32,000 nucleotides of DNA from Candidatus Saccharimonadota bacterium (GCA_017510445.1 JAFWNF010000002.1:20294-52293); one strand, 5' to 3'; positions 16,060 to 27,768 are shown, counted from the stretch's first letter. Notes: generated by a model from the letters alone, not told the origin. Numbers and translations: made by a program.

Positions 16060-16112
16060 CTTTTCTCCTATTTGTAGGATACCAAAAACGCCCATGTTTG
16101 TAAAATCAAAAA

Positions 16113-16141
16113 TTGATTTTCAAGCTTAAATAATATATACT
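16113..16141 (+). promoter_or_regulatory. sigma70-type promoter of lemA-htpX
   Basis: TTGATT (16113-16118), a 17-nt spacer, then TATACT (16136-16141). SD AAGGAG is at 16151-16156. Confidence 0.45.
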
Positions 16142-16160
16142 AAAAGCATAAAGGAGAAAG

Positions 16161-16706
16161 ATGCCAATCGCTTTAATTGTGACAATTATAATCGTTGCTG
16201 TCGTCTTTGGCGCAATAATTTTGGCAACCTACATGAAGCTTGTGAAACTTAACTCGCTCATTAATGATGCGTGGGCAGAAATCAGTTTTCAATCAAAACG
16301 TCGAGCCGATCTAATCCCGAAACTGACTGACATAATAAAAAAGAATCTCAAAAATGAAAAAAAGTTAGTCGAAGTTTTCATCGATGCGGAAAAGAAAATG
16401 GCTGGTGCTCGTACAATGTCGGTTCTAATCGATGCAGATAGAAAATTCACCGAGGCTTTTTCTTATTTAATCATGGTCTCCGAATCGAATTCTAAATTAA
16501 AAACCGATACCGATTTTCAGCAGTTGATTTCTGAGTTTTTGGACATTGAAGAAAAAGTTCAAGTTGCGCGCCGGGCATATAATATATATTCGGAAAAGAA
16601 TAACGCGAAACTTAATTCTTTTCCAGCGAATCTAATCAACAGCTTAATTGGCCATTTTGAAATTCGTCAGTATTACGAGCTAGACAAGCCAAAAAAGAAG
16701 AGATAA
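16161..16706 (+). CDS. lemA: LemA family protein
   Basis: N-terminal TM segment followed by the LemA-type sequence YMKLVKLNSLINDAWAEISFQSKRRADLIPKL. Confidence 0.9.
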   Translation: MPIALIVTIIIVAVVFGAIILATYMKLVKLNSLINDAWAEISFQSKRRADLIPKLTDIIKKNLKNEKKLVEVFIDAEKKMAGARTMSVLIDADRKFTEAFSYLIMVSESNSKLKTDTDFQQLISEFLDIEEKVQVARRAYNIYSEKNNAKLNSFPANLINSLIGHFEIRQYYELDKPKKKR

Positions 16707-16707
16707 A

Positions 16708-17572
16708 ATGCAGAAACATATTAACGCGAACAAACGCAATACAATTTTGGCAATCGTTGGCTTTATCATTTTCGTCGTTCTAATTGGCTGTCTCTTTGCC
16801 TATTTTTATAACGATCTCGGTCTCATAATTCTATTTGTAATAATCTCAGTTGGCTATGTCGTATTTCAATATTATTTTGCCGACAAAGAAGCATTGCTTT
16901 TTTCAAGAGCTAAGCAAATCCAAAAAAATGATAACCCAAAACTTTTTGAAATAGTTAGTGACGTTTCGTCTTCCATGAAAATTCCTATGCCGAATATTTA
17001 TTTAATAAAAGATTCTGCTCCAAACGCTTTTGCAACAGGTCGCGATCCAGAACATTCTTCCGTAGCGGTGACGAGTGGGCTTTTAGAGATAATGGATAAA
17101 AACGAATTAACGTCAGTAATAGCTCATGAATTATCGCATATCAAAAACTATGACATTCGCGTTTCGATGATTGTCTTCGGTCTGGTTTTCCTTGTTGGGC
17201 TTTTTTCTGATTTAGGATTTAGGCTTTTATTTTATGGACACACTCGTCGTAGCAGTGACGAAGAACGCAGTCCGATTGGCTTTTTGATAATAATTATATC
17301 TGCTATCGTTTCTCCTATCGCCGCTTCGTTGGCCCAAATGGCAATTTCGCGCGAAAGGGAATATCTTGCCGATGCTTCGTCGGCAAAGGCTACAGGAAAT
17401 CCTGAGTCGATGATATCTGCTCTCAAAAAACTTGATACTCATGGTCGTCCGATGCAATCACAAAATACCGCGTCCGAATCGATGTATATCAACAACCCCT
17501 TAAAGAAAGGATTATTCTCGAATTTATTTAGTACTCATCCACCAATCGAAAAAAGAATAGCGAGGTTAGAAA

Positions 17573-17589
<17 letters not shown>
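16708..17589 (+). CDS. htpX: M48-family zinc metalloprotease HtpX
   Basis: HELSHIKNYD (HExxH) motif, four TM segments and a downstream REREYLAD glutamate. The start is 1 nt after the lemA stop. Confidence 0.9.
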
Positions 17590-20519
<2,930 letters not shown>

Positions 20520-20555
20520 ACCGCTAAAGCTTGACAAATTAAATAAAGTATGCTA

Positions 20556-20587
20556 CAATAAAAAGATAACCGCTCCCTAAGAAGCGG
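20556..20587 (-). terminator. intrinsic terminator of eno
   Basis: On the minus strand the stem is CCGCT / AGCGG with an 8-nt loop, followed by TTATCTTTTTATT. It lies 26 nt after the eno stop. Confidence 0.5.
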
Positions 20588-20612
20588 AATCTTTCTGAAC
20601 GTGCCTCAGAAT

Positions 20613-21896
20613 TTAAATAAATGGATTTCTGAGTCCCAGTCGAGAATTGTTATCTGCAATACGAATTAACTCGTTATATTTACAAATTCTCTCTGAGCGC
20701 GAGAGCGAGCCAGTTTTAATTTGACCAGCGCCAAGTCCGACTGCAATGTGTGCAATCGAAGTATCTTCAGTTTCACCAGAACGGTGCGAAATAATGGTTC
20801 TATAATTATTCCTTTTTGCCAACATTACTGCCTCAATTGTTTCGGAAAGTGTGCCGATTTGATTTGGTTTAACAAGGATAGCGTTCCCAACCTTTTCATC
20901 AATGCCTTTTTTGAGCAACTTTGTGTTTGTTACGAAGAGATCATCACCAACAAGTTGAATTCTGTCGCCAAGTCTTTCGGTTAATCGCTTCCAGCCTTCC
21001 CAATCTTTCTCACCTAAACCATCTTCAATCGAAGCGACGGAATAATTGTTAATAATCCAATCATACCAGTTGATCAAATCGTCTGAAGATTTCCAATCGC
21101 CGTTGGTTTTTAGTTCATAATGACCGTCTTTATAGAATTCGCTTGATGCGATATCCATTGCGAGCGAAAAATCTTTTCCGAATTCATACCCCGCTTTTTC
21201 GATTGCGAGTTTGATGCATTCCAAAGGTTCATTATTTCCATCGCGAACTTTTGGTGCATAGCCACCTTCGTCGCCGACGGTTGTTGGATAATCTCGTTCT
21301 TTCAAAACATCTTTGAGTGCATGGAACACTTCTGCTCCCATTCTTACAGCATCAGCAATATTTCCGGCGCTTAATGGCATGATCATATATTCCTGAAAAT
21401 CTGTTGCCCAAGAAGCATGTGCGCCACCGTTCATTACGTTCATCATTGGCATCGGAATTGACATCTCATCAGTTGTCCCAGCAAGAAGGGAAATATAGTA
21501 GTAAAACGGTATTTTGTTAGCGTTTGCCATAGCTTTTGCTGTTGCAAGCGAAACTGCAAGAATTGCATTTGCACCGAGATTGGTTTTGCCGTCAGTTCCA
21601 TCTAAATCTAGCATTAAACGATCAATATTCTCTTGCTCGGCAGAATTTCCAACGAGTACATCTTTAATCTTCGAGTTTACATTCCACACGGCTTTTAAAA
21701 CGCCTTTGCCATTGTAAAAAGCTTTGTCGCCATCGCGAAGTTCAAGTGCTTCGCCTTCACCAGTTGATGCACCAGATGGGACAATCGCTCTTCCGCTTGA
21801 GCCGTCATTTAAAATTACATTTGCTTCTACGGTTGGGTTCCCGCGCGAATCGAGAACTTGCCTCGCTTTTATGTTTTGAATCGTAAAATTATCCAT
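20613..21896 (-). CDS. eno: enolase
   Basis: Motifs [25 protein letters not shown] and [10 protein letters not shown] chose the start at 21896 (MDNFTIQ...) from the promoter geometry. An in-frame ATG at 21902 is the alternative. Confidence 0.95.
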   Translation of the reverse strand: MDNFTIQNIKARQVLDSRGNPTVEANVILNDGSSGRAIVPSGASTGEGEALELRDGDKAFYNGKGVLKAVWNVNSKIKDVLVGNSAEQENIDRLMLDLDGTDGKTNLGANAILAVSLATAKAMANANKIPFYYYISLLAGTTDEMSIPMPMMNVMNGGAHASWATDFQEYMIMPLSAGNIADAVRMGAEVFHALKDVLKERDYPTTVGDEGGYAPKVRDGNNEPLECIKLAIEKAGYEFGKDFSLAMDIASSEFYKDGHYELKTNGDWKSSDDLINWYDWIINNYSVASIEDGLGEKDWEGWKRLTERLGDRIQLVGDDLFVTNTKLLKKGIDEKVGNAILVKPNQIGTLSETIEAVMLAKRNNYRTIISHRSGETEDTSIAHIAVGLGAGQIKTGSLSRSERICKYNELIRIADNNSRLGLRNPFI

Positions 21897-21902
21897 AAGC
21901 AT

Positions 21903-21911
21903 ATTATAGCA
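21903..21911 (-). promoter_or_regulatory. TGcTATAAT-N6-ATG leaderless-type promoter of eno
   Basis: The minus strand reads TGCTATAAT (21911-21903), then ATGCTT, then the ATG at 21896. There is no SD. Confidence 0.5.
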
Positions 21912-21942
21912 TTTTTAGAAAAATAATGGAAAGTTCTCGAGA

Positions 21943-21970
21943 TTGACTGATGGAAAATATGTGGCATAAT
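21943..21970 (+). promoter_or_regulatory. TTGACT-16-TGgCATAAT-N6-ATG leaderless-type promoter of uvrC
   Basis: -35 at 21943-21948, TGG at 21962-21964, CATAAT at 21965-21970 and the ATG at 21977. There is no SD. Confidence 0.5.
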
Positions 21971-21976
21971 TAAAGA

Positions 21977-23248
21977 ATGAATCCAAATCTGCCAGCAAAA
22001 TTAAAAACTTTACCTTCTGCTCCAGGTGTCTATTTTCATAAAGACAAAACTGGGGAAATAATCTATGTTGGCAAAGCTGCAGTTCTTAAAAATCGCGTAC
22101 GTAGTTATTTCAGAAACGACAAAGACCGTGACGCTAAAACGACAGCTTTAGTTTCAGAAATTTTTGATACAGAATGGATTGTTGTCGATACGGAAATGGA
22201 TGCGCTCTTTTTAGAATCAGAAATGATTAAACGCTATAAACCAAAATGGAATATTCTTCTTCGCGACGATAAATCTGTTTCTTACGTTAAAATCACGATG
22301 CAAGAAAAAGTACCTTATGTTTCTTTCACGCGCAATCCTCTTGATGACGGAGCGACCTATATTGGGCCGTTTTATGGTAAATCTGCAATTGAAAAATCTC
22401 TGCGTGTACTTCGAAAAATTTTTCCATATTATATTAAGCCTTATGACGGCAAACGCACACTCGACTCAGATCTCGGACTTGCACCAGGGATCGAACTGGA
22501 AAAAACGACTCCACGCAAATACAAAAACAATTTGAAGAAATTGATTCAAGTACTTGAGGGTTCACGCGAGAAATTACTAGATACACTCGAAAAAGAAATG
22601 TATGAAGAATCGGAAAAAGGGAACTTTGAATCCGCCGCGGAAATTCGCAACCAAATTTTTGGTCTTAAAGAATTGAAAAAGAAAATCATTTTTTCCGACA
22701 AAGAATTTCTTAATATTTCTTCCGACCATGCGCTAAAAAACCTCCAGACAATTTTAAACCTAGAAAGACCGCCTCGTCGCATTGAAGGTTACGATATTTC
22801 TCATCAATCTGGCACGAATGTTGTCGCCTCGATGGTTGTTTTTATTAACGGTGCAGCAGACAGGACAGAATATCGTAAATTTAAATTAAAGAACCAGCAA
22901 AACAACGACCCAGAAAGTTTGAAGGAAGTTATTTCCCGTCGCCTGAATCATGAAGAGTGGGAGTTTCCAGATTTAGTTGTTCTAGATGGTGGCGAACTGC
23001 AACTTTCTGCGGTTCTGCCTCTCTTGAAACAAAAGAATATTCCAGTTATTGGACGTGATAAATCTGGCGACCATTCAAAATCTGCGTCAGTAAAGCTTCT
23101 GATTCCTGAAGAAGATGGGACTTTCAAGCAAACTGTTCTGCCTGACGGCTCCCATATTGCTCGCTTAATTGCACGCATAGATGAAGAAGCCCATAGGTTC
23201 GCGATTACCTACCATACCCACTTAAAAAGAAAAATTATGCTGTCTTAA
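21977..23248 (+). CDS. uvrC: excinuclease ABC subunit C (short form, 423 aa, no C-terminal HhH2)
   Basis: GIY-YIG domain (PGVYFHKDKTGEIIYVGKA), UVR domain (EKGNFESAAEIRNQIFGLKEL) and an RNase H-like endonuclease domain (IEGYDISHQSG ... EAHRFAITYH). Confidence 0.9.
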   Translation: MNPNLPAKLKTLPSAPGVYFHKDKTGEIIYVGKAAVLKNRVRSYFRNDKDRDAKTTALVSEIFDTEWIVVDTEMDALFLESEMIKRYKPKWNILLRDDKSVSYVKITMQEKVPYVSFTRNPLDDGATYIGPFYGKSAIEKSLRVLRKIFPYYIKPYDGKRTLDSDLGLAPGIELEKTTPRKYKNNLKKLIQVLEGSREKLLDTLEKEMYEESEKGNFESAAEIRNQIFGLKELKKKIIFSDKEFLNISSDHALKNLQTILNLERPPRRIEGYDISHQSGTNVVASMVVFINGAADRTEYRKFKLKNQQNNDPESLKEVISRRLNHEEWEFPDLVVLDGGELQLSAVLPLLKQKNIPVIGRDKSGDHSKSASVKLLIPEEDGTFKQTVLPDGSHIARLIARIDEEAHRFAITYHTHLKRKIMLS

Positions 23249-23250
23249 CC

Positions 23251-23279
23251 TTGCGATTTTTCCCCTCGCGTCATATAAT
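23251..23279 (+). promoter_or_regulatory. TTGCGA-17-TATAAT-N6-ATG leaderless-type promoter of secG
   Basis: -35 at 23251-23256, -10 at 23274-23279 and the ATG at 23286. There is no SD. Confidence 0.5.
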
Positions 23280-23285
23280 AGTTCT

Positions 23286-23510
23286 ATGGAATTAGCAACA
23301 ATTTTTCAAATCACAACTTTAGTATCCGCTATTCTAGTAGTTTTGTTGATTCTTCTTCAACAACGCGGTGCTTCTCTTGGTTCTGGATCCGGAGCTTCCA
23401 GCGAACTTTACACGACTCGTCGTGGCCTAGAAAAATCTATGTTTAACACAACAATCGTATTTTCGCTTGTTCTAGTGTTTTCTATTTTAGGACTTCTAAC
23501 AATCGCATAA
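23286..23510 (+). CDS. secG: preprotein translocase subunit SecG
   Basis: 74 aa with two TM segments flanking LLQQRGASLGSGSGAS, a SecG-like Gly-rich loop. Confidence 0.8.
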   Translation: MELATIFQITTLVSAILVVLLILLQQRGASLGSGSGASSELYTTRRGLEKSMFNTTIVFSLVLVFSILGLLTIA

Positions 23511-23511
23511 T

Positions 23512-25251
23512 ATGACAAACATCATAAAAAAGAGTGGGCAGAAAATCGCAAAAAGGGCATCTCGTTTTTCACGCAAAGCTAGCGAAACGGGAAAAGAGCA
23601 TGTCCGCGAAAATCTCATTAATCGCATTTCGCATATTCGCGACGTGCGACTTCTTGTTCTTGAATGGAGTCTGCTCGTTCTTGTCGTGATTCTTTTAGCT
23701 TCAGTTCAATCTTTTTGGTATTCTGATTCCTATTCCGTTTCGTCTTTTAAAACTGGTGGCACTTACATCGAAGGTGCGCTTGGCAAAGTCAATTCTCTAA
23801 ACCCGCTTTTTGCCTCAACAAATTCCGAGAAGACGTTATCGAAGCTTCTTTTCTCAACGCTCATGGAGAATGATTTTTCTGGCCATGTTGGCGCTGGCCT
23901 TGCAAGATATATCCGTTCTAACGATGCTGGCGACAGCTGGGCAATCATGCTCCGTGACAACTTAAAATGGTCTGATGGCGAACCTTTAACAAATGAAGAT
24001 ATCTTGTTCACTGTAGATCTAATTCAAAATCCGAAAGTCTCATCTAACTATTCCCAAATCCTTTCTGGCGTTGAGGTATCGGAATCTGCAACTGGAGAAA
24101 TCGTCTTTAAATTATCAGCTTCCTACGCCGATTTTGATACGGTTTTAAACTTCCCAATCCTTCCAAAACACGTTTTAGCTGATACCGATCCGGCTTTACT
24201 TCTCGAATCTGACTTTTCGAAAAAACCAGTTTCATCTGGCGCGTTTAGTTTTAACGCTACCCAGACAATTGGTTCCGAAGGTGAATCAGTTGTTTATCTA
24301 ATAGCCAATGAAAATTATTATAAAGGGAAGCCGTTTCTTGTTAACTTTGCAATCCATGCATTTCTTGATAAAGAAGCTATTATTACAGCAATAAACTCTG
24401 GCACAATCACGGCGACAGCTGAGTTGTCGTCTAAAGATGGCGAAAAAATAACTTCAAAAAGTGTTAACGAGCTCCAAACGACAGTTAATTCCGGAGCGTT
24501 TGCATTTCTCAACACAAAGTCCCAACTTCTTTCAAATGTAGAAGTAAGGCGAGCAATTCAAAAAGGAATAGATGTCCAAAAAATTCGTGAAAATGCAAAA
24601 TCATCGATTCCGCTTAATCACCCGATCCTACATAGTCAAGTCGATTCGTTAAACTGGCAAAAGCTTCCTGATCTTGATGTCGATTCCGCGAAAGAGGCGA
24701 TTAATAAAGCCGGGATAAATTCCGAATCAGAACCACTTTCCATCGTCACAATCAACGAAGGAAATTTGCCAGAAGTTGCCGAATCTCTTTCCGAACAATT
24801 GCGCGAGCTTGGTTTTAATGTGAATATGATTGCTTACGATTATTCTCAGGAATTTATATCTAATGTCATTAACACTCGTAGCTATGATATTTTTGTCTAT
24901 GAAGTTGAGCTTGGTCCTGTGCCTGAGCTTTTCTCTTATTATCATTCTTCCCAAACAGGCTCATCTGGTTTGAATTTTAGCAACTATAACAATACTATTA
25001 CCGACGATATTATTCTTGCCTCTCGTGAAACGACCGACCAAACCTTGAGAAACGCAAAGTTCGAATCGTTCATCAAAAACTGGATTTCTGACGTTCCGGC
25101 GATCGCCTTATACCAACCGACAACGTCATACTTCTACAATAAAAGCGTTCGCACTTTTTCCGAAGACTTAGACTTAGTGGTCCAAACCGACAGGTTCGAT
25201 GATGTTATCTATTGGGCTACTGAAAAAACTTCCTTGAACAGAACTCCATAG
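23512..25251 (+). CDS. membrane-anchored ABC-type solute-binding protein, family 5 (peptide/nickel type); orphan
   Basis: N-terminal basic region plus a TM segment. Family-5 signature WAIMLRDNLKWSDGEPLTNEDILFTV. No permease or ATPase genes are adjacent. Confidence 0.8.
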   Translation: MTNIIKKSGQKIAKRASRFSRKASETGKEHVRENLINRISHIRDVRLLVLEWSLLVLVVILLASVQSFWYSDSYSVSSFKTGGTYIEGALGKVNSLNPLFASTNSEKTLSKLLFSTLMENDFSGHVGAGLARYIRSNDAGDSWAIMLRDNLKWSDGEPLTNEDILFTVDLIQNPKVSSNYSQILSGVEVSESATGEIVFKLSASYADFDTVLNFPILPKHVLADTDPALLLESDFSKKPVSSGAFSFNATQTIGSEGESVVYLIANENYYKGKPFLVNFAIHAFLDKEAIITAINSGTITATAELSSKDGEKITSKSVNELQTTVNSGAFAFLNTKSQLLSNVEVRRAIQKGIDVQKIRENAKSSIPLNHPILHSQVDSLNWQKLPDLDVDSAKEAINKAGINSESEPLSIVTINEGNLPEVAESLSEQLRELGFNVNMIAYDYSQEFISNVINTRSYDIFVYEVELGPVPELFSYYHSSQTGSSGLNFSNYNNTITDDIILASRETTDQTLRNAKFESFIKNWISDVPAIALYQPTTSYFYNKSVRTFSEDLDLVVQTDRFDDVIYWATEKTSLNRTP

Positions 25252-25262
25252 CGTGATATAAT
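25234..25262 (+). promoter_or_regulatory. promoter of tRNA-Leu
   Basis: TTGAAC (25234-25239), a 17-nt spacer containing TGA, then TATAAT (25257-25262). The tRNA starts 15 nt downstream. Confidence 0.5.
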
Positions 25263-25276
25263 ATATGTACCAATTT

Positions 25277-25366
25277 GCGCCTGTGGTGGAATTGGTAGAC
25301 ACGCTACCTTGAGGTGGTAGTGGCCATTTTAGAGCTGTGCTAGTTCGAGTCTAGTCAGGCGCACCA
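25277..25366 (+). tRNA. tRNA-Leu (anticodon GAG), type II with a long variable arm, CCA encoded
   Basis: Acceptor GCGCCTG/CAGGCGC, D loop AATTGGTAGA, anticodon arm CTACC-TTGAGGT-GGTAG, an 18-nt variable arm, T arm GCTAG-TTCGAGT-CTAGT, then A73 and CCA. Confidence 0.93.
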
Positions 25367-25401
25367 ACCAAAGAACTCCCTTCTGGGAGTTTTTTGGTTG
25401 G
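25364..25401. terminator. 17-bp hairpin terminator after tRNA-Leu
   Basis: CCAACCAAAGAACTCCC-TTCT-GGGAGTTTTTTGGTTGG forms a 17-bp stem with one G:U pair. The T-run lies within and after the 3' arm. Confidence 0.75.
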
Positions 25402-25432
25402 ATCCTTAGATTAGGTGAGAACGACGCTAAAG

Positions 25433-25981
25433 TTATTCACTAATAGCTCCGGCCTCCCTCATCTCTTTTTCAAGTTCATCAACATCAAAACCATAAAATT
25501 CAGATGGATTTTCAATCTTGACCTTTTCTTCATAATTCATCGCATTTGCGCAATGCGCAGTATTCGGCTTTGATACTGGCTCGAGATATTCTTTATTGCA
25601 TTGAAAATGAAGTCTTCCATCTTGGTATTCTTTAGCGACGACCCCTCCATAAAATTCTTTATCATAATAATAGATTCTAAAATCAAAATATAAATCATCG
25701 TCTTCTGAAAGGCCAATTCCTGTTATCTCAGTAGTAGTGTTTTCATCCCCAGAAAAATTACTACTATAAATATAATCATATGCTAGCGATTCAAAAGCTT
25801 CGAGACGTCGCATTTCTTCGTGAGAAATAACAGACGTTCTCATCAAAAAACACCCAGCAGTTAACGTTATAATTAGTAAGCAAACTAAAACATAAATGAT
25901 ATTTTTCAGTTTCTTTTCTTTCTCACCAGAAACCCTATTATTTATTTTTTTGACTTGGTTTTTTGATTTTTGTTTTGGCAT
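25433..25981 (-). CDS. hypothetical lipoprotein or membrane-anchored protein
   Basis: 182 aa with a Lys-rich N-region, a hydrophobic segment ending in the lipobox-like LTAGC, and SD AAGGAG. No homology was recognised. Confidence 0.6.
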   Translation of the reverse strand: MPKQKSKNQVKKINNRVSGEKEKKLKNIIYVLVCLLIITLTAGCFLMRTSVISHEEMRRLEAFESLAYDYIYSSNFSGDENTTTEITGIGLSEDDDLYFDFRIYYYDKEFYGGVVAKEYQDGRLHFQCNKEYLEPVSKPNTAHCANAMNYEEKVKIENPSEFYGFDVDELEKEMREAGAISE

Positions 25982-26044
25982 AAATTCTCCTTATGCTAAA
26001 AATAACACAAAAATTTATAAAAATCAAATTTTTTCAAAACAAGA

Positions 26045-26053
26045 TGTTATAAT
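26045..26053 (+). promoter_or_regulatory. TGtTATAAT-N6-ATG leaderless-type promoter
   Basis: TGT at 26045-26047, TATAAT at 26048-26053, then CGTCTC, then the ATG at 26060. There is no SD. Confidence 0.5.
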
Positions 26054-26059
26054 CGTCTC

Positions 26060-26974
26060 ATGACAAAAAAGTGGAGGAAAATATTTGGAGTAGTTTTTAG
26101 CGGAATTTTTGCCGTCTTAATTTTCTCACCAGCTTTTGCCGAGGAAGGATCGATTAGAATCTCGCCAGATATTAACAAAGTTGAACTAGGGAATAATGAA
26201 ACCACAAAACAAGAAATCACGCTTGAAAATAATAGCGAAAACGAAGTTTCGTTGAAACTGTCAGTCGCGTCATACATTATTAAAGACGAAAACTATGAGG
26301 TTAGTTTTAATAAAAACGATAAAGATGAATCGAATAATATTATTGATTGGATTGAATTTAAGACAGATGATGAGTATAAAAAAACTTTAGAACTAAGACT
26401 ACAACCGGAAGAAAAAAAGACGATAAAATATAAAATCTCCGCTCCAGAATTTGAAAAAGAACAGCACTGTGTAATCTTCGCTGAATCGGAAGTAGACTCA
26501 GACACGACAGTTCGCCTCGCCTCGCTTCTAATCCTTAGTCCAAAAAATTCAACACCAAGACTCGAAGCCAAAGAGATAAAATCTACTTCTGGATTTTCTA
26601 ACGAGAACATTTTTTCTGAAATCAAAATTGATAACAATGGCGACAAATTTGCCGAAGTAGAAACGAAGTTTTCGGTCGAATCACTATTTGGGAAAGTGAT
26701 AAAAGAAGAGACGCGGACAAATTATATTTTTCCAGGAAAAACTCGCAAAGTTACCTTCGAATGGACGGAAAGTCCAAAATTCGGCATTTTTAAAGTAAAA
26801 ACGTCGGCAAATTCTGAAGAAAAGACTTCGATAGTATTTTTATTGCCATTTCCGGAAGAGTTTTTGCCGATTTTACTATTGACAATTATAATTTTTATGC
26901 CTATAATCAAATCACGAAATCGAAAAGAGTGTGGAGACTCTTTCGATAAAATAAACAAGAAAGAGAAAAAATGA
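26060..26974 (+). CDS. secreted, C-terminally membrane-anchored protein of unknown function (beta-sandwich-like; possibly DUF916-like)
   Basis: Signal peptide ...SPAFA/EEG, a strand-rich alternating pattern, a C-terminal TM segment (LPILLLTIIIFMPII) and a basic tail. Confidence 0.6.
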   Translation: MTKKWRKIFGVVFSGIFAVLIFSPAFAEEGSIRISPDINKVELGNNETTKQEITLENNSENEVSLKLSVASYIIKDENYEVSFNKNDKDESNNIIDWIEFKTDDEYKKTLELRLQPEEKKTIKYKISAPEFEKEQHCVIFAESEVDSDTTVRLASLLILSPKNSTPRLEAKEIKSTSGFSNENIFSEIKIDNNGDKFAEVETKFSVESLFGKVIKEETRTNYIFPGKTRKVTFEWTESPKFGIFKVKTSANSEEKTSIVFLLPFPEEFLPILLLTIIIFMPIIKSRNRKECGDSFDKINKKEKK

Positions 26975-27111
26975 AAAAAACACAAAAAAACGCTATAGGA
27001 ATTTTAGGACTCATTTTCGTAATTGCGATGACAGTTTTTGCTTACACTCTTCCTGACCCAGTTGCAGAACCAGCCCGCGAACCGAAAGAAATCGCTTCAA
27101 TCGAACGATAA
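26971..27111 (+). CDS. unannotated 46-codon ORF encoding a small membrane or secreted peptide (below the ORF-track cutoff)
   Basis: The ATG overlaps the upstream TGA (ATGA at 26971-26974). The peptide is MKKTQKNAIGILGLIFVIAMTVFAYTLPDPVAEPAREPKEIASIER, with a stop at 27109-27111. Confidence 0.4.
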   Translation: MKKTQKNAIGILGLIFVIAMTVFAYTLPDPVAEPAREPKEIASIER

Positions 27112-27120
27112 GGAATTAAT

Positions 27121-27762
27121 TTATATCCCTGTTTTTTTGATTATTCTTCTGACGTTTTCATTTGTGGGCGAAATGCCCTCTTTTTTTAGTTTTCTGCTCA
27201 TCTCGCGCCCAAGACCTGATTCCTCCTCAGAAAAAACGCACCCACAGTATTTTTGCATATAAAGCCCAGCTTCACGCGCCTCCGTTTGACCCTCTCTCCA
27301 ACCTTCACGAAAATCGCGGTACAAAAAATCGATGCCATATTCTTTCGAAAGACTCTCCATTAAATCCTTAATAATGTCATGCTTTTGATAGATGCTATAA
27401 AGCAGGGTTGTCGAAACTGTGTCAAAACCATTTTCTTTTGCATATTCAAATACTTTTCTGAGCCTTTTTGGGTAGCAATAATTTTTGCAACGATTTCGCA
27501 TAATTTCAACAAAATCTTTGTCGTCCGCATCTTTTAAAACGTTGCACAAAAACTCATCTAGCCCATATTCGTCTTCTAGAATCAGTTTTACTTGTTTTTC
27601 TTCTGCATAAGATTTTAAACAATCGCGTCGTGCTTTGTATTCGAAATATGGTTGGATATTAGGGTTATACCAAAAAAATGTCGGTTCAATTCCTTCTTTC
27701 CGTAGCGTCTTTAGACAATAAACACTGCATGGCGCACAACAAGTATGAAGCAAAAGTTTCAT
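27121..27762 (-). CDS. queH: epoxyqueuosine reductase QueH (DUF208)
   Basis: LLLHTCCAPCS near the N-terminus and QKYCGCVFSEEE near the C-terminus. I chose the start at 27762 (MKLLLHTCCAPC). The ORF track extends the frame to 27810. Confidence 0.85.
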   Translation of the reverse strand: MKLLLHTCCAPCSVYCLKTLRKEGIEPTFFWYNPNIQPYFEYKARRDCLKSYAEEKQVKLILEDEYGLDEFLCNVLKDADDKDFVEIMRNRCKNYCYPKRLRKVFEYAKENGFDTVSTTLLYSIYQKHDIIKDLMESLSKEYGIDFLYRDFREGWREGQTEAREAGLYMQKYCGCVFSEEESGLGREMSRKLKKEGISPTNENVRRIIKKTGI

Positions 27763-27768
27763 AAAAAA

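Noticed and set aside
16060-16095. Longest-ORF N-terminal extensions. These are the GT4 start at 16095, the queH start at 27810, the eno start at 21902 and the ligA TTG start at 18519.
   Set aside because: Downstream ATGs fit better. The GT4 start at 16059 and the ligA start at 18525 have properly spaced SDs. The queH start at 27762 and the eno start at 21896 have the TATAAT-N6-ATG geometry. All four give family-typical N-termini. The longer forms remain possible alternatives.
27038-27262. 74-aa + strand ORF from the track.
   Set aside because: It is mostly antisense to the well-supported queH gene. Its 5' part is in a different frame from the better-supported, stop/start-coupled 46-codon ORF at 26971-27111.
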